Source: Histomonas meleagridis 2922-C6/04-290x (lineage: Eukaryota; Protista; Parabasalia). From it: 64,000 nt of DNA. The translations under genes were made by a program, and so were the position numbers. The notes beneath the pieces are model-generated. The model made no database searches. It saw only the letters and a program-made list of their open reading frames with translations, and was not told where the DNA came from. Below are positions 52,785 to 61,721 of the stretch, piece after piece; the stretch's first letter is position 1, and every line of letters begins with the position of its first letter. The DNA lies in contig JAANOX010000037.1 in NCBI GenBank assembly GCA_020184695.1, positions 336,267 through 400,266 of the forward strand. Direction: 5' to 3'.

Positions 52785-53249
52785 ATGCAATCTTTGGTGA
52801 AAATTGTTGATGGCGACATATGTAATGCAAAAGAAAAGTACATTGTCCATCAATGCAATTGTGTTTCAAAAGGCGCTCGTGGAGTCGCCCAAACAATTTT
52901 CAAGAAATTTCCATACTCAAATGTATACGCACAGAGAACTAAACATGATGTTCCTGGAACTATTAAAATTTGTGGAAATGGGGTTGATAAGAGATTTATT
53001 ATTGCTCTATTTGGGCAATATGGATGGGGAAAACCAGATAACAAAAATGATTCACCTGAAAAGAGACTCAATTTCTTTAAGTCTGGCCTTGGGAAAATTG
53101 CCCAAATTCCTAATCTTGAAAGTGTAGCTTTTCCTTACTTAGTCGGATGCGCCTCAGCTGGAGGAAATTGGGAACTCTATCTTCAAGAAATAGAAACGTT
53201 CGCAGCAATAACGCAAGTCCCAGTTGTCTTATACAGATACAATCCATAA
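52785..53249 (+). CDS. Macrodomain protein (Poa1p/OARD1-like ADP-ribose binding or hydrolase)
   Basis: GDI......YIVHQCNC.S..A.GVA..I...FP, IIALFGQY..G, SVAFPY.VGCASAGGNW. Confidence 0.85.
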   Translation: MQSLVKIVDGDICNAKEKYIVHQCNCVSKGARGVAQTIFKKFPYSNVYAQRTKHDVPGTIKICGNGVDKRFIIALFGQYGWGKPDNKNDSPEKRLNFFKSGLGKIAQIPNLESVAFPYLVGCASAGGNWELYLQEIETFAAITQVPVVLYRYNP

Positions 53250-54362
53250 CTTTAGTCAAATAAATGTTTAAATTTTTTTTATCATTTAGTCCATTTTACA
53301 GGAACCCAAATATAAAATCATCTTTCATAAATAGTTATAATCTATTTCTTGATTTACACTTCTTTACTATATAGATTGAAAATTAATGATTTGAAAAACT
53401 ATCCAAAAACTTTATGTTTGTTTTTATCAATAATTTGTAAATTCCATCTGACTTACATAACTTTTATACACAGCTTTCTACAGGTTTGTTATTATTTATA
53501 AATAATAAATTATTTAATAATTATTTATAAATTTTTGCTTTTTTCATTTTAACTTTAATTTCATGAGCACGATTGCACACACTCATATGAGTTAAACAAA
53601 TAAAATCATCCATAACACCATTCAAACCCATTTTTTTTAACTAATAATTAATATTTTTGAATTTTAAATATATCAATCTTCGTCACAATACCAGCTGGTT
53701 TGATTATTATACAAAATATCATTTTTTATGATTGTTGATCAATTATTAAATTTTTGAAATTAAAACTTAAATATTATGTTAACCATATATTTCTAAATCC
53801 ACAACACATGTAAATTTCAAATATACTAGAGTTACATCAAAATTTATTTAAGTTACCAAAATATTTAATGATTTTGTTTAATTTTATATGAGAATTAATA
53901 ATATTTTTTAGAAAAATTAGAGACACTGTTTTCCTTAGTCCCATGATATTTTATTGTTTATATTTATTATAATTACTTGTATTTTTGTTAGGTCAATTTA
54001 GAAATTGGTGAAGCTTCAAGATTCTAAATAAGACACTGTCAACCAACTTTCCCTCTTATAGATTTCTTTTTAATTCTAAAATTATTTGTAATGTATTTAA
54101 TACATTTCAGATTTTAACATATAATGACAGTAGACAAATTTTTATGAAAATATAATAATTTTTTTAAAATTTCCTTTGAATTTTGTTACTTTCCATTTAG
54201 ATTCGTGTACGATACAATACACAAACGGTCATTCAAGTAAAGACTGGACGTACTAATTAACCAGTATAAACAAATATTGTTGAAAAAATGTTTAAAACAT
54301 GTTTGTTTCCTGTTTAATTTTGTGATTCTTTTTTGTGAGTATCGCTCACTCGTGGCGGAACG

Positions 54363-54842
54363 AATCTTGATGGACATAATTATAAAGAACTTTCAAAGAA
54401 TGATTGGAAACTCCATAAACAATTAATTAAAGAAGGAGTTAATCCAAATGAAACCGCAAAAATAATTCGAAATGATGAAGTAGAAAAACTTCAAGAAATA
54501 TCATCACAAAGTAATTTTGATTTTAATCAAAAAATTGAACCATCGCTATATGAAAGATGTTCATTTATAAATAAAAAAAATGTTTCATTATTTGATTATG
54601 CAGCATTTTTTTCAGCAGTTAAATGTTTTAAATATTTACTTATGAACAATGCAAAAGTAGGTAACACAGGTAAATATGCAGTTGCAGGTGGAAATGAAGA
54701 AATCATTCATTTATGTGAACAAAATCATTCGACATTTGAAGGTGCATGTGAAGCTGTAATTGAATTCCATAGAAACGATATCTTTAAAAATATTTATGAG
54801 AATAAATTAGAAAAAAAGAACCAAAGCCAAAGAATACGATGA
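54363..54842 (+). pseudogene. Start-less DUF3447/ankyrin-type gene fragment
   Basis: Open frame NLDG...DWKLHKQLIKEGVNPN...IIRNDEVEKLQ...IEPSLYERCSF...LFDYAAFFSAVKCFKYLL...YAVAGGNEEIIHLCEQ; in-frame TGA just upstream and no ATG. Confidence 0.7.
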
Positions 54843-55454
54843 TATCAACGAATTAGTTGCAACAAAGAAATAATAGGATCAAAGATTTGGTAAATTTTTG
54901 TATTAAAACATTCGAAAAATTAGGGAGTGAAATTTACTCAAGTTTATTTGACGCTAGCCAAGGCACAATATGGGTCTGAGTGATTTTACTGCTTGGATTA
55001 TGATATTGAACAAGTGAAAAGTTACATAAAATACATTCTCAATAATAGTCATAAAAGCATTCCAAATTTATTTAAGGGAATTTTTGAAATTAAATATGGG
55101 AAATATACTTCGTATGAATTAATTTTAAAAATATGTAAATCAATTAAATTGTTCAAGAAGAATACCAAGAAAATAATTTGATTCTTGTGATATTTTATTA
55201 AGAATAAAATGCCTAAAAATTTCAAATATCTTGAATTTAATATTGTTTTTTCTCCATATCTATCAATTTCTTTCATAAAATCTCAATATATATAAATGTC
55301 ATTTTGTAAAATTATGTATAATAAACATAACATCTGACTAAAAAACAAAATGGAATTTGGATCATCATTATTAAATAATTCAAATGAACCACAGATGATT
55401 TAATTTTTATTTAAACGGTCGCGATCAAATGTGACTTTACAATTTTTCCTCATT

Positions 55455-56627
55455 TTATCTTCTGGAGTTAATGGTAAGCTTATCCAATATAGACCAGAAT
55501 GAAACATAGTTAAGAGCGCATGTCCATGAAAGAAGAGTATCCTCATCATTTTCATATATAACATGTTCTGTTTCTTTGCTTCTCCTCTTTTGAAGGTCTT
55601 TAGTGAATGTAAATCCTATAGATCCACCATTGATCTTTTTGATTATCATATGAGGAGGCTCTTTCTTACTTGCAGGAACAAACGATGTATTTGACCCATC
55701 AAGTTCAATCTCGCCAATGAGCTCGGATTTACTTTCGTCTTTGAAGTACTTAAGGCTGAAGTGGTCGATGATGTAAAATCTTTTTGATTTGGCCTTGAAT
55801 ACTCCACCACTTTCTTTCTTTAAAAGACCTGATTTGTTGTAATTAGGCTCTTCTAAAGACACAGAAAACTCGAAAAAGATGGGAATTGGGTTTTCTTTCA
55901 ATTGATAATAAATTTTCTCTTTATAAGCATCTCCAACTTTAACTGTCTTGACAAAAGAAAGGAACTCACCGAGTGGTAAAACTTCGGTTTTTCTGTAAAA
56001 AATAGAGAATGCAATACAAGCAACAGTAACTTGTGCAATTTCTTTGCGACTTAATGGTAAATATGGATTTGCTTCCGAATACACAGAAGCAAACGTATTG
56101 AATAATGTCGATAGATGTTGTTGATTGTTTGGGAAAGCAATTCTTGATAATAATATTCGAGCAGCTTCTGGAATTGTTAAAAATTCAAGATTGACTGCTC
56201 CAAAATAATAATAGAGAATTGAATGCGCATTCGAAGGATCCGAAAATACGTACTGCGTAAGTGATTTAGGATATATGTTTGAACAATACATTAAAAATGG
56301 ACCAAGGTTAGACTCCTCATTTAGTTGCCTCATTGTTGATCGTATCTCTGAAATTGCTTGGTTTGGTGATTTATTAAATTTATTTGCAAAATCAGGTGGA
56401 TACTCAAACTTTTTATGATCAAAAGGATAATCAATTTCTTGTAGCAGTGGTGCCTTTCCAATCCAAGTTGTAGTTTGTGGGTTTTCACCATATTTTTGAG
56501 ATAAAGCTGCAGCACTTTGCATATTGATTTCCTCAAAAGTTTCGTGAGAAATGATTGGCCCACTTTCAGGAATTATTTGTTCCGAAGGCGAGTTTGTATC
56601 AAGAACTTGGTTGGTGCTTGCTGACAT
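55455..56627 (-). CDS. Cytohesin-like Sec7 plus PH domain protein with a degenerate Sec7
   Basis: FANKFNKSPNQAI, Sec7-like helices, then a PH domain (KSGLLKKESGG.FK..SKRFYII...LKYFK...LLSWTCAL). Confidence 0.7.
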   Translation of the reverse strand: MSASTNQVLDTNSPSEQIIPESGPIISHETFEEINMQSAAALSQKYGENPQTTTWIGKAPLLQEIDYPFDHKKFEYPPDFANKFNKSPNQAISEIRSTMRQLNEESNLGPFLMYCSNIYPKSLTQYVFSDPSNAHSILYYYFGAVNLEFLTIPEAARILLSRIAFPNNQQHLSTLFNTFASVYSEANPYLPLSRKEIAQVTVACIAFSIFYRKTEVLPLGEFLSFVKTVKVGDAYKEKIYYQLKENPIPIFFEFSVSLEEPNYNKSGLLKKESGGVFKAKSKRFYIIDHFSLKYFKDESKSELIGEIELDGSNTSFVPASKKEPPHMIIKKINGGSIGFTFTKDLQKRRSKETEHVIYENDEDTLLSWTCALNYVSFWSILDKLTINSRR

Positions 56628-56996
56628 ATAAAAGCCGTTTATGTTATTGAAAAGTGTTTTCTGGTTTTTTTAACGGTCGTTAATTTAATTCAAAAAACAC
56701 AAAATATTCTATTTAAATAACCAATGAATTGTGACAAACCGTCGGTATAAGCATTTCACAAAAATTTTTGGTTGCCAGGCAACGGTTTTATTTTTCCATT
56801 AACCATAAAGTTTTTTTTACATAAATCTTATTAATGAAATTCAAATATAGTTCTTGAAAAAATAAGGTCATTGTTCGCCTTCCATTAATTAAAGCGTAAA
56901 AATTATTTCAACAAGAGTGATATGCGAGCATTTAAAAAATGACATTTTTGAATCATAAACAATCGTTTCAATCAAATTTTGATAAAGTTATGTATT

Positions 56997-57279
56997 CAAA
57001 TTCTGATAGCCCCACCTCACATTATATGAGTTCCATCTTTCCTTAATTAAAATGCTAAAATATTGAGAAACAGAGGGGAACATGAAACTGTAAAACGATC
57101 TTAAGGAGCATTGCGCTTACATATAATTACAAAGCAAATTCTGAGCCCAACTTCACATATTTTTAGTTCCATCTTTCCTTAATTAAAATTAAAATATTGA
57201 GAAACAGAGGGGAACATGAAACTGTAAAACGATCTTAAGGAGCATTGTACTTACATATAATTACAAAGCAAATTCTGAG
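56997..57279. repeat. Intergenic direct tandem duplication, unit 134-136 bp, about 2.1 copies
   Basis: GTTCCATCTTTCCTTAATTAAAAT...GAGAAACAGAGGGGAACATGAAACTGTAAAACGATCTTAAGGAGCATTG..CTTACATATAATTACAAAGCAAATTCTGAG recurs at 57030 and 57166. Confidence 0.93.
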
Positions 57280-57349
57280 TTCACAGGTTCAGCTGCGTTT
57301 TAATTATAACATATTTTAATATATAATATTTTATTTATATCAAAAACAG

Positions 57350-60300
57350 TTAATATTTTGCATCCGAGCTTAAGCTTTCGTCATCACTTTCCGAGCTACT
57401 ACTTAACGTGAACAAATCGTCTTCGGAGTTACTCTCATTTTCTTTTCTAATTCTTTTATTTACTTCCTCCAGTATCAATTGGGCGTCTTTTTTACTGTAT
57501 ACTTTTAATATATCTGCGTTTTCCACCAAAATATTTAAATCGTTTTTCAAAGATATTTCGGTGGTGTACCAATGATTCTTTAATCTATCTCTGAACAACG
57601 TTAAATCCATTGGTTGTTTTGCGTTTCCTATTAAAATTCTTTGAGATTTTCCATCTCTCACATATATCATATTTGTTATTTCTTTTTTTCCACTATTAAT
57701 CAAATCATTAATATAAACATATAACTCATCCATTAACATATTTAACTTAACATCTATTTCAACAGTTTCATCTTCATTAATTATTTCCCATGGAACTAAA
57801 TAACAAATTGAATTATCATCTATAAACTTTACTTCGATTGATGACCACGGATCATTTTTATAATTCTTATTAATACTAATAATAATTGCTTCGAATTCTT
57901 TTGTGTTTCCATTATCTTCTTGAAATTCCGCTTTAATATGATCATTAACTTTAAGTGTTTCACAATATTTAATACTTTTATTATATATTTCTTCTCGTAT
58001 TATAAATGGTGGAGTTTCTGGTATTGGATAAGCTATAGTTGCTTCGAAGTCTTTAAACCTTAAAAATAATATTAAATGTGTTATATAAAATTGGATGTTA
58101 ATGATAGTGGCAATTGTTACATCAGGTAAATTACGTTGGATTTCATATGGCGTTCGATAATGCATATAATTACAGATTTGTTTATATTCTTGATGACCTT
58201 TCCGTACATATATTATCCGTTCGCCAATTTGTGGTATATATGTATGACGAATTCGAACACTATTAAATACCCAATTTGGAAGTATTTCATTAATAACTGT
58301 TTCGTTTTCATTAGATGATGTCGATGACGATGCTGTCGAACTATAATAATATTCTTCTTCTGTACTATGTAATGATTGTTCTTCTGAACTTTGCGTATAT
58401 TCAAAATCACTTGATACAATTGATGATGTACTTGATGATTCATACATAGAAATAGTATCAGATGTATCAGAACTAATAAATTTGGATTTCCGCGTTTGTT
58501 TTTTGGCGTTTTTCTTCTTCTTTGGTTTGTATCCCATGACAAAATCAGATGATTCATCAGATGATTCAACTTTCTTCTTCTTCTTGTTCTTAGGCTTAGG
58601 TGGAGGTGTCGGATTAGTTTTCTTTTTTCGTTTTGGCTTATACCCAATTACAAAATCAGATGATTCATCAGATGATTCAACTTTCTTCTTCTTTTTCTTA
58701 TTTTCTTTTTTAATGTCGTCGATAATAAAATCAGATTTTATAGTTTCAACGAAATCTTCTTCAATGAATTCATCATCATCATCTTCATATGTATTATTTC
58801 TTTTACTTTTCTTATTAGAACCTAAATCATCATCAATGAAATCGTTGAGATCATCATCGTCATCCTTAAATAACTTTGACGAATTTTTTTTTGTTTTTCT
58901 TTTCTTAGTTTTCTTCTTTTTCTTATTCTGAGGATGCTGTTGATATTGTGATAAGTTTTCATCATTTTCTTTCTCTTCGTTCTCTTCATTCTCATTAAAG
59001 AATTCTTCATCTTCGTTATTAGGTTTTAATAATATATATTCACTAATTTCATTTGTAATTCTATCTTCTTCTTCGATAACATTATTAGGAATAATTTTTT
59101 GCTTAATATCAATTCGAATATTAGTTAAATCAAATCGTTTTGGTTGTGGATTTAATGGATTCCCAATTTTATCAACAATTTGACAATAACTCGATGGTTC
59201 TTCACCTTCTTCAAATAGTTCTGTTTCGAAGAATTGTTCCATATAAGGGATTTGTTCTTGTTTGATTTTGTCATTCCGTAAGCCAAACATTGTTATACCG
59301 CCATTACTATCTGCTGCAAATATATATTGTCCATCACGTGACCATGTGACTTCAACAATATGGTACTCTTCATAAGGTAATAATACATTGATAAGATCTC
59401 CTGTTATTATGTCCCATAATGATGCACGACCGTTACGCGTTGTCACAATTATAATGTTTGGAATTTGAGGATGTGGTCGAATTATTGTTGGATGATCTGT
59501 AAGTTCAGGATGTGATATAATGATTTTGTTGATAAATGTTTGCGTTTCCCATACTAGAATACAATCTGATGATAATCCGATTATACAACTTTCATCACAA
59601 TTAAATGAAGCATTACATACTCGAGCTTTGACCCCGCGAGATGTTTTGGCCGAAAGAAGTTTAGGATCAGACCAATTCCCATTTTTATATTGCCAAAATT
59701 TTATGTTTCGTTCTTTTTGTGAAAATGATATAATTCGTTGACATGAAATCTGACTAAAAAAAACAAAATCTGGGAGACGCGAATGTCCTTTGAGAATTAA
59801 TACTTCATGTGTTATAAGTGATGCTACTTGAACAATATTTGGCTCCCCTGAACAAACAATAAATTCACCGCCTGGACTAAAGCTAAGCCATGCAAACCCT
59901 TTTTTGTTTTTGGAATAAAAAGAAAATAATTCATTCCCTTCAGAAAGTGCGTCGGCAACTTTCCAAACCGTTACACATCCTTCCTCACAGGCTGCCCCAA
60001 GATAACGGCCGCAAGGCGAAAACTTCAATGAGTGAACTTCACCGTTTTTCCGAAGCCGATTTAATAAAGTGCCTTTTTTTAGATCAACAATACAGATACA
60101 ATGGTCATGTGAAGATGAAGCAAAGTATTGGTTTGATGGATGAATTGAAATATCAGTGATAACATTTTCATGAATTTTTAATGTTTTTAAGAGAATTAAT
60201 TCAGGTATTTTCCAAATCTTAAGCTTGAAGTCATCAGAACCTGAGATTAGGATTTGAGATGTGAAATCAATTGCAATACAATATATATCATCAAAATGTC

Positions 60301-60676
60301 CAACCACTCTTGTATAAGGCCCAAATTTTTTAATAGGTAAAATTGGTTCCCCAATGTTATAGAATAAGCCGGTTGTGTTACTTATTGATTTTTTGTTTTC
60401 TTGTGTTGGATTTGATAATAGCGATGATTGATTTGATTGTTCACAAAAGTTTGAAATAAGCCTTATGAGCTGATCATCTGGAACTCCTTTGAAAGAGTTT
60501 TTGAGTTGAGCAAAAGAACTATTGTGAGAAAATAATCCTGATGGAAAAAGATTCCTTTGTTCGCATTCGTGAATAAAAGAGTCACCAATTGATGGAAATT
60601 CAAGTTTTAAGAAGTTTGCTAGAATGAAGAGTAGCTCACTCCTTTGGTTGGAATTCAAAATGTGAATTGGCTCCAA
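57350..60676 (-). CDS. BRWD/PHIP-like WD40 protein with a degenerate bromodomain; start unresolved (possibly ATG at 60716)
   Basis: SELLFILANFL N-terminal motif, WD40 blades, YIPQIGERIIY.RKGHQEY (PHIP-like) and PMDL..F.DRL.N.WY bromodomain remnant. Confidence 0.78.
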   Translation of the reverse strand: MEPIHILNSNQRSELLFILANFLKLEFPSIGDSFIHECEQRNLFPSGLFSHNSSFAQLKNSFKGVPDDQLIRLISNFCEQSNQSSLLSNPTQENKKSISNTTGLFYNIGEPILPIKKFGPYTRVVGHFDDIYCIAIDFTSQILISGSDDFKLKIWKIPELILLKTLKIHENVITDISIHPSNQYFASSSHDHCICIVDLKKGTLLNRLRKNGEVHSLKFSPCGRYLGAACEEGCVTVWKVADALSEGNELFSFYSKNKKGFAWLSFSPGGEFIVCSGEPNIVQVASLITHEVLILKGHSRLPDFVFFSQISCQRIISFSQKERNIKFWQYKNGNWSDPKLLSAKTSRGVKARVCNASFNCDESCIIGLSSDCILVWETQTFINKIIISHPELTDHPTIIRPHPQIPNIIIVTTRNGRASLWDIITGDLINVLLPYEEYHIVEVTWSRDGQYIFAADSNGGITMFGLRNDKIKQEQIPYMEQFFETELFEEGEEPSSYCQIVDKIGNPLNPQPKRFDLTNIRIDIKQKIIPNNVIEEEDRITNEISEYILLKPNNEDEEFFNENEENEEKENDENLSQYQQHPQNKKKKKTKKRKTKKNSSKLFKDDDDDLNDFIDDDLGSNKKSKRNNTYEDDDDEFIEEDFVETIKSDFIIDDIKKENKKKKKKVESSDESSDFVIGYKPKRKKKTNPTPPPKPKNKKKKKVESSDESSDFVMGYKPKKKKNAKKQTRKSKFISSDTSDTISMYESSSTSSIVSSDFEYTQSSEEQSLHSTEEEYYYSSTASSSTSSNENETVINEILPNWVFNSVRIRHTYIPQIGERIIYVRKGHQEYKQICNYMHYRTPYEIQRNLPDVTIATIINIQFYITHLILFLRFKDFEATIAYPIPETPPFIIREEIYNKSIKYCETLKVNDHIKAEFQEDNGNTKEFEAIIISINKNYKNDPWSSIEVKFIDDNSICYLVPWEIINEDETVEIDVKLNMLMDELYVYINDLINSGKKEITNMIYVRDGKSQRILIGNAKQPMDLTLFRDRLKNHWYTTEISLKNDLNILVENADILKVYSKKDAQLILEEVNKRIRKENESNSEDDLFTLSSSSESDDESLSSDAKY

Positions 60677-60899
60677 AATCCTATTTCAAAACGTGCCTGT
60701 TCTTCAAAAGTGACATCACCTGGGGCTGCCCATTTTTTTGTCAGATATTCGCTGTTTATGATGTTAGTACGTTAAAACGTCACTTTTTAATACTTCAGAT
60801 TAAAAATATCACAAACTCATCCCAAAAATCGTATGACCAAATATCAATTCAAAAGTCATTTCAACGAAACGAGAGTGGTTGCTGGTAGGTATATAATGC

Positions 60900-60976
60900 G
60901 GTCGGGAATGATCACGAGGACCCTAGGGGCCCCGCCGGGGGCGGGGCCCCTAGGGTCCTCGTGATCATTCCCGACC
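60900..60976. repeat. Perfect 37-bp inverted repeat with a 3-nt loop (GGG)
   Basis: GGTCGGGAATGATCACGAGGACCCTAGGGGCCCCGCC (60900-60936) is the exact reverse complement of 60940-60976; about 70% GC. Confidence 0.99.
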
Positions 60977-61359
60977 TTAAGTTTTCACTGGGGGGATTTC
61001 CGGGGTCTTCGGCCTCCGGAGGTGCCCTTCGAACCTCCGAGGCCTCAGACCTCCAACTCTCGAGTGTGCTCGCCCAGCTCGCCACAAAAATCAAAATGAA
61101 TTTTGTGAGCCATACAATTCGTCTGAAAATTTGAATGCGCATTCAATTTTGAGAGAACGCGAAACTTTTTGATAGGAACGATAGCACTTTTAGCACCACT
61201 TTTCGCATAAACCTATCAAAAACCTCACATAACCAACACGAATTGTCCTCGGTTATCTTTGGTCGGACATTTATTTTATTCAATTTATCTTTGCCAGGAG
61301 GTTAATAGTCAAAAAACGACGGTTATTGTTTGGTCTCATGGCAAACTTTATTTTTATAA

Positions 61360-61701
61360 ATGCTTAAACCTGTAACTAAAACGTATTTTTGTACTTCACA
61401 AAAAGAAAACCGTTTTCCGCCTGAATTTGTGGATTCTCAAAATCCTAGATATATAGTAGTACAACAATGTAAGTGTAAATTTAAGGAATATTTAGTATCT
61501 GATGTTTCAATGCATGCTGATTTCATTGAACGTGATCATTATGAAGATTATTTTTGTATTTATACGAATGAAAATAAAACTAAATATAAGAAATATGAAT
61601 ATAAAAGTAGAAAACCAAATTTTAAAATATGGTTTAAAGAAATGAATGGTAAAGAAATTGAACCAGAATATTTTATGTTAGAATTATTATTAATTTATTA
61701 A
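61360..61701 (+). CDS. Small beta-rich protein, putative minor capsid (penton)-like protein
   Basis: Alternating beta-strand pattern ending FKIWFKEMNGKEIEPEYFMLELLLIY, reminiscent of Polinton penton C-termini; by recollection only, not searched. Confidence 0.45.
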   Translation: MLKPVTKTYFCTSQKENRFPPEFVDSQNPRYIVVQQCKCKFKEYLVSDVSMHADFIERDHYEDYFCIYTNENKTKYKKYEYKSRKPNFKIWFKEMNGKEIEPEYFMLELLLIY

Positions 61702-61721
61702 ATAAAAATCATTTTTTATCA

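Noticed and set aside
54850-55280. Minus-strand fragments resembling Sel1-repeat helices (ESNYFLGILLE, NKFGMLL)
   Set aside because: Multiple stops and too little signal to call.
736-60159. Many short ORFs in the track that overlap real genes on the opposite strand or in a shifted frame (e.g. 860-1252, 19731-20237, 33396-35153, 58482-58931)
   Set aside because: Shadows of real coding or low-complexity sequence with no motifs and mostly non-ATG starts.
60885-60976. Hairpin considered as a Helitron 3' end or a Rho-independent terminator
   Set aside because: No CTRR terminus follows on either strand, the stem is much longer than Helitron hairpins, there is no U-tract, and the context is eukaryotic.
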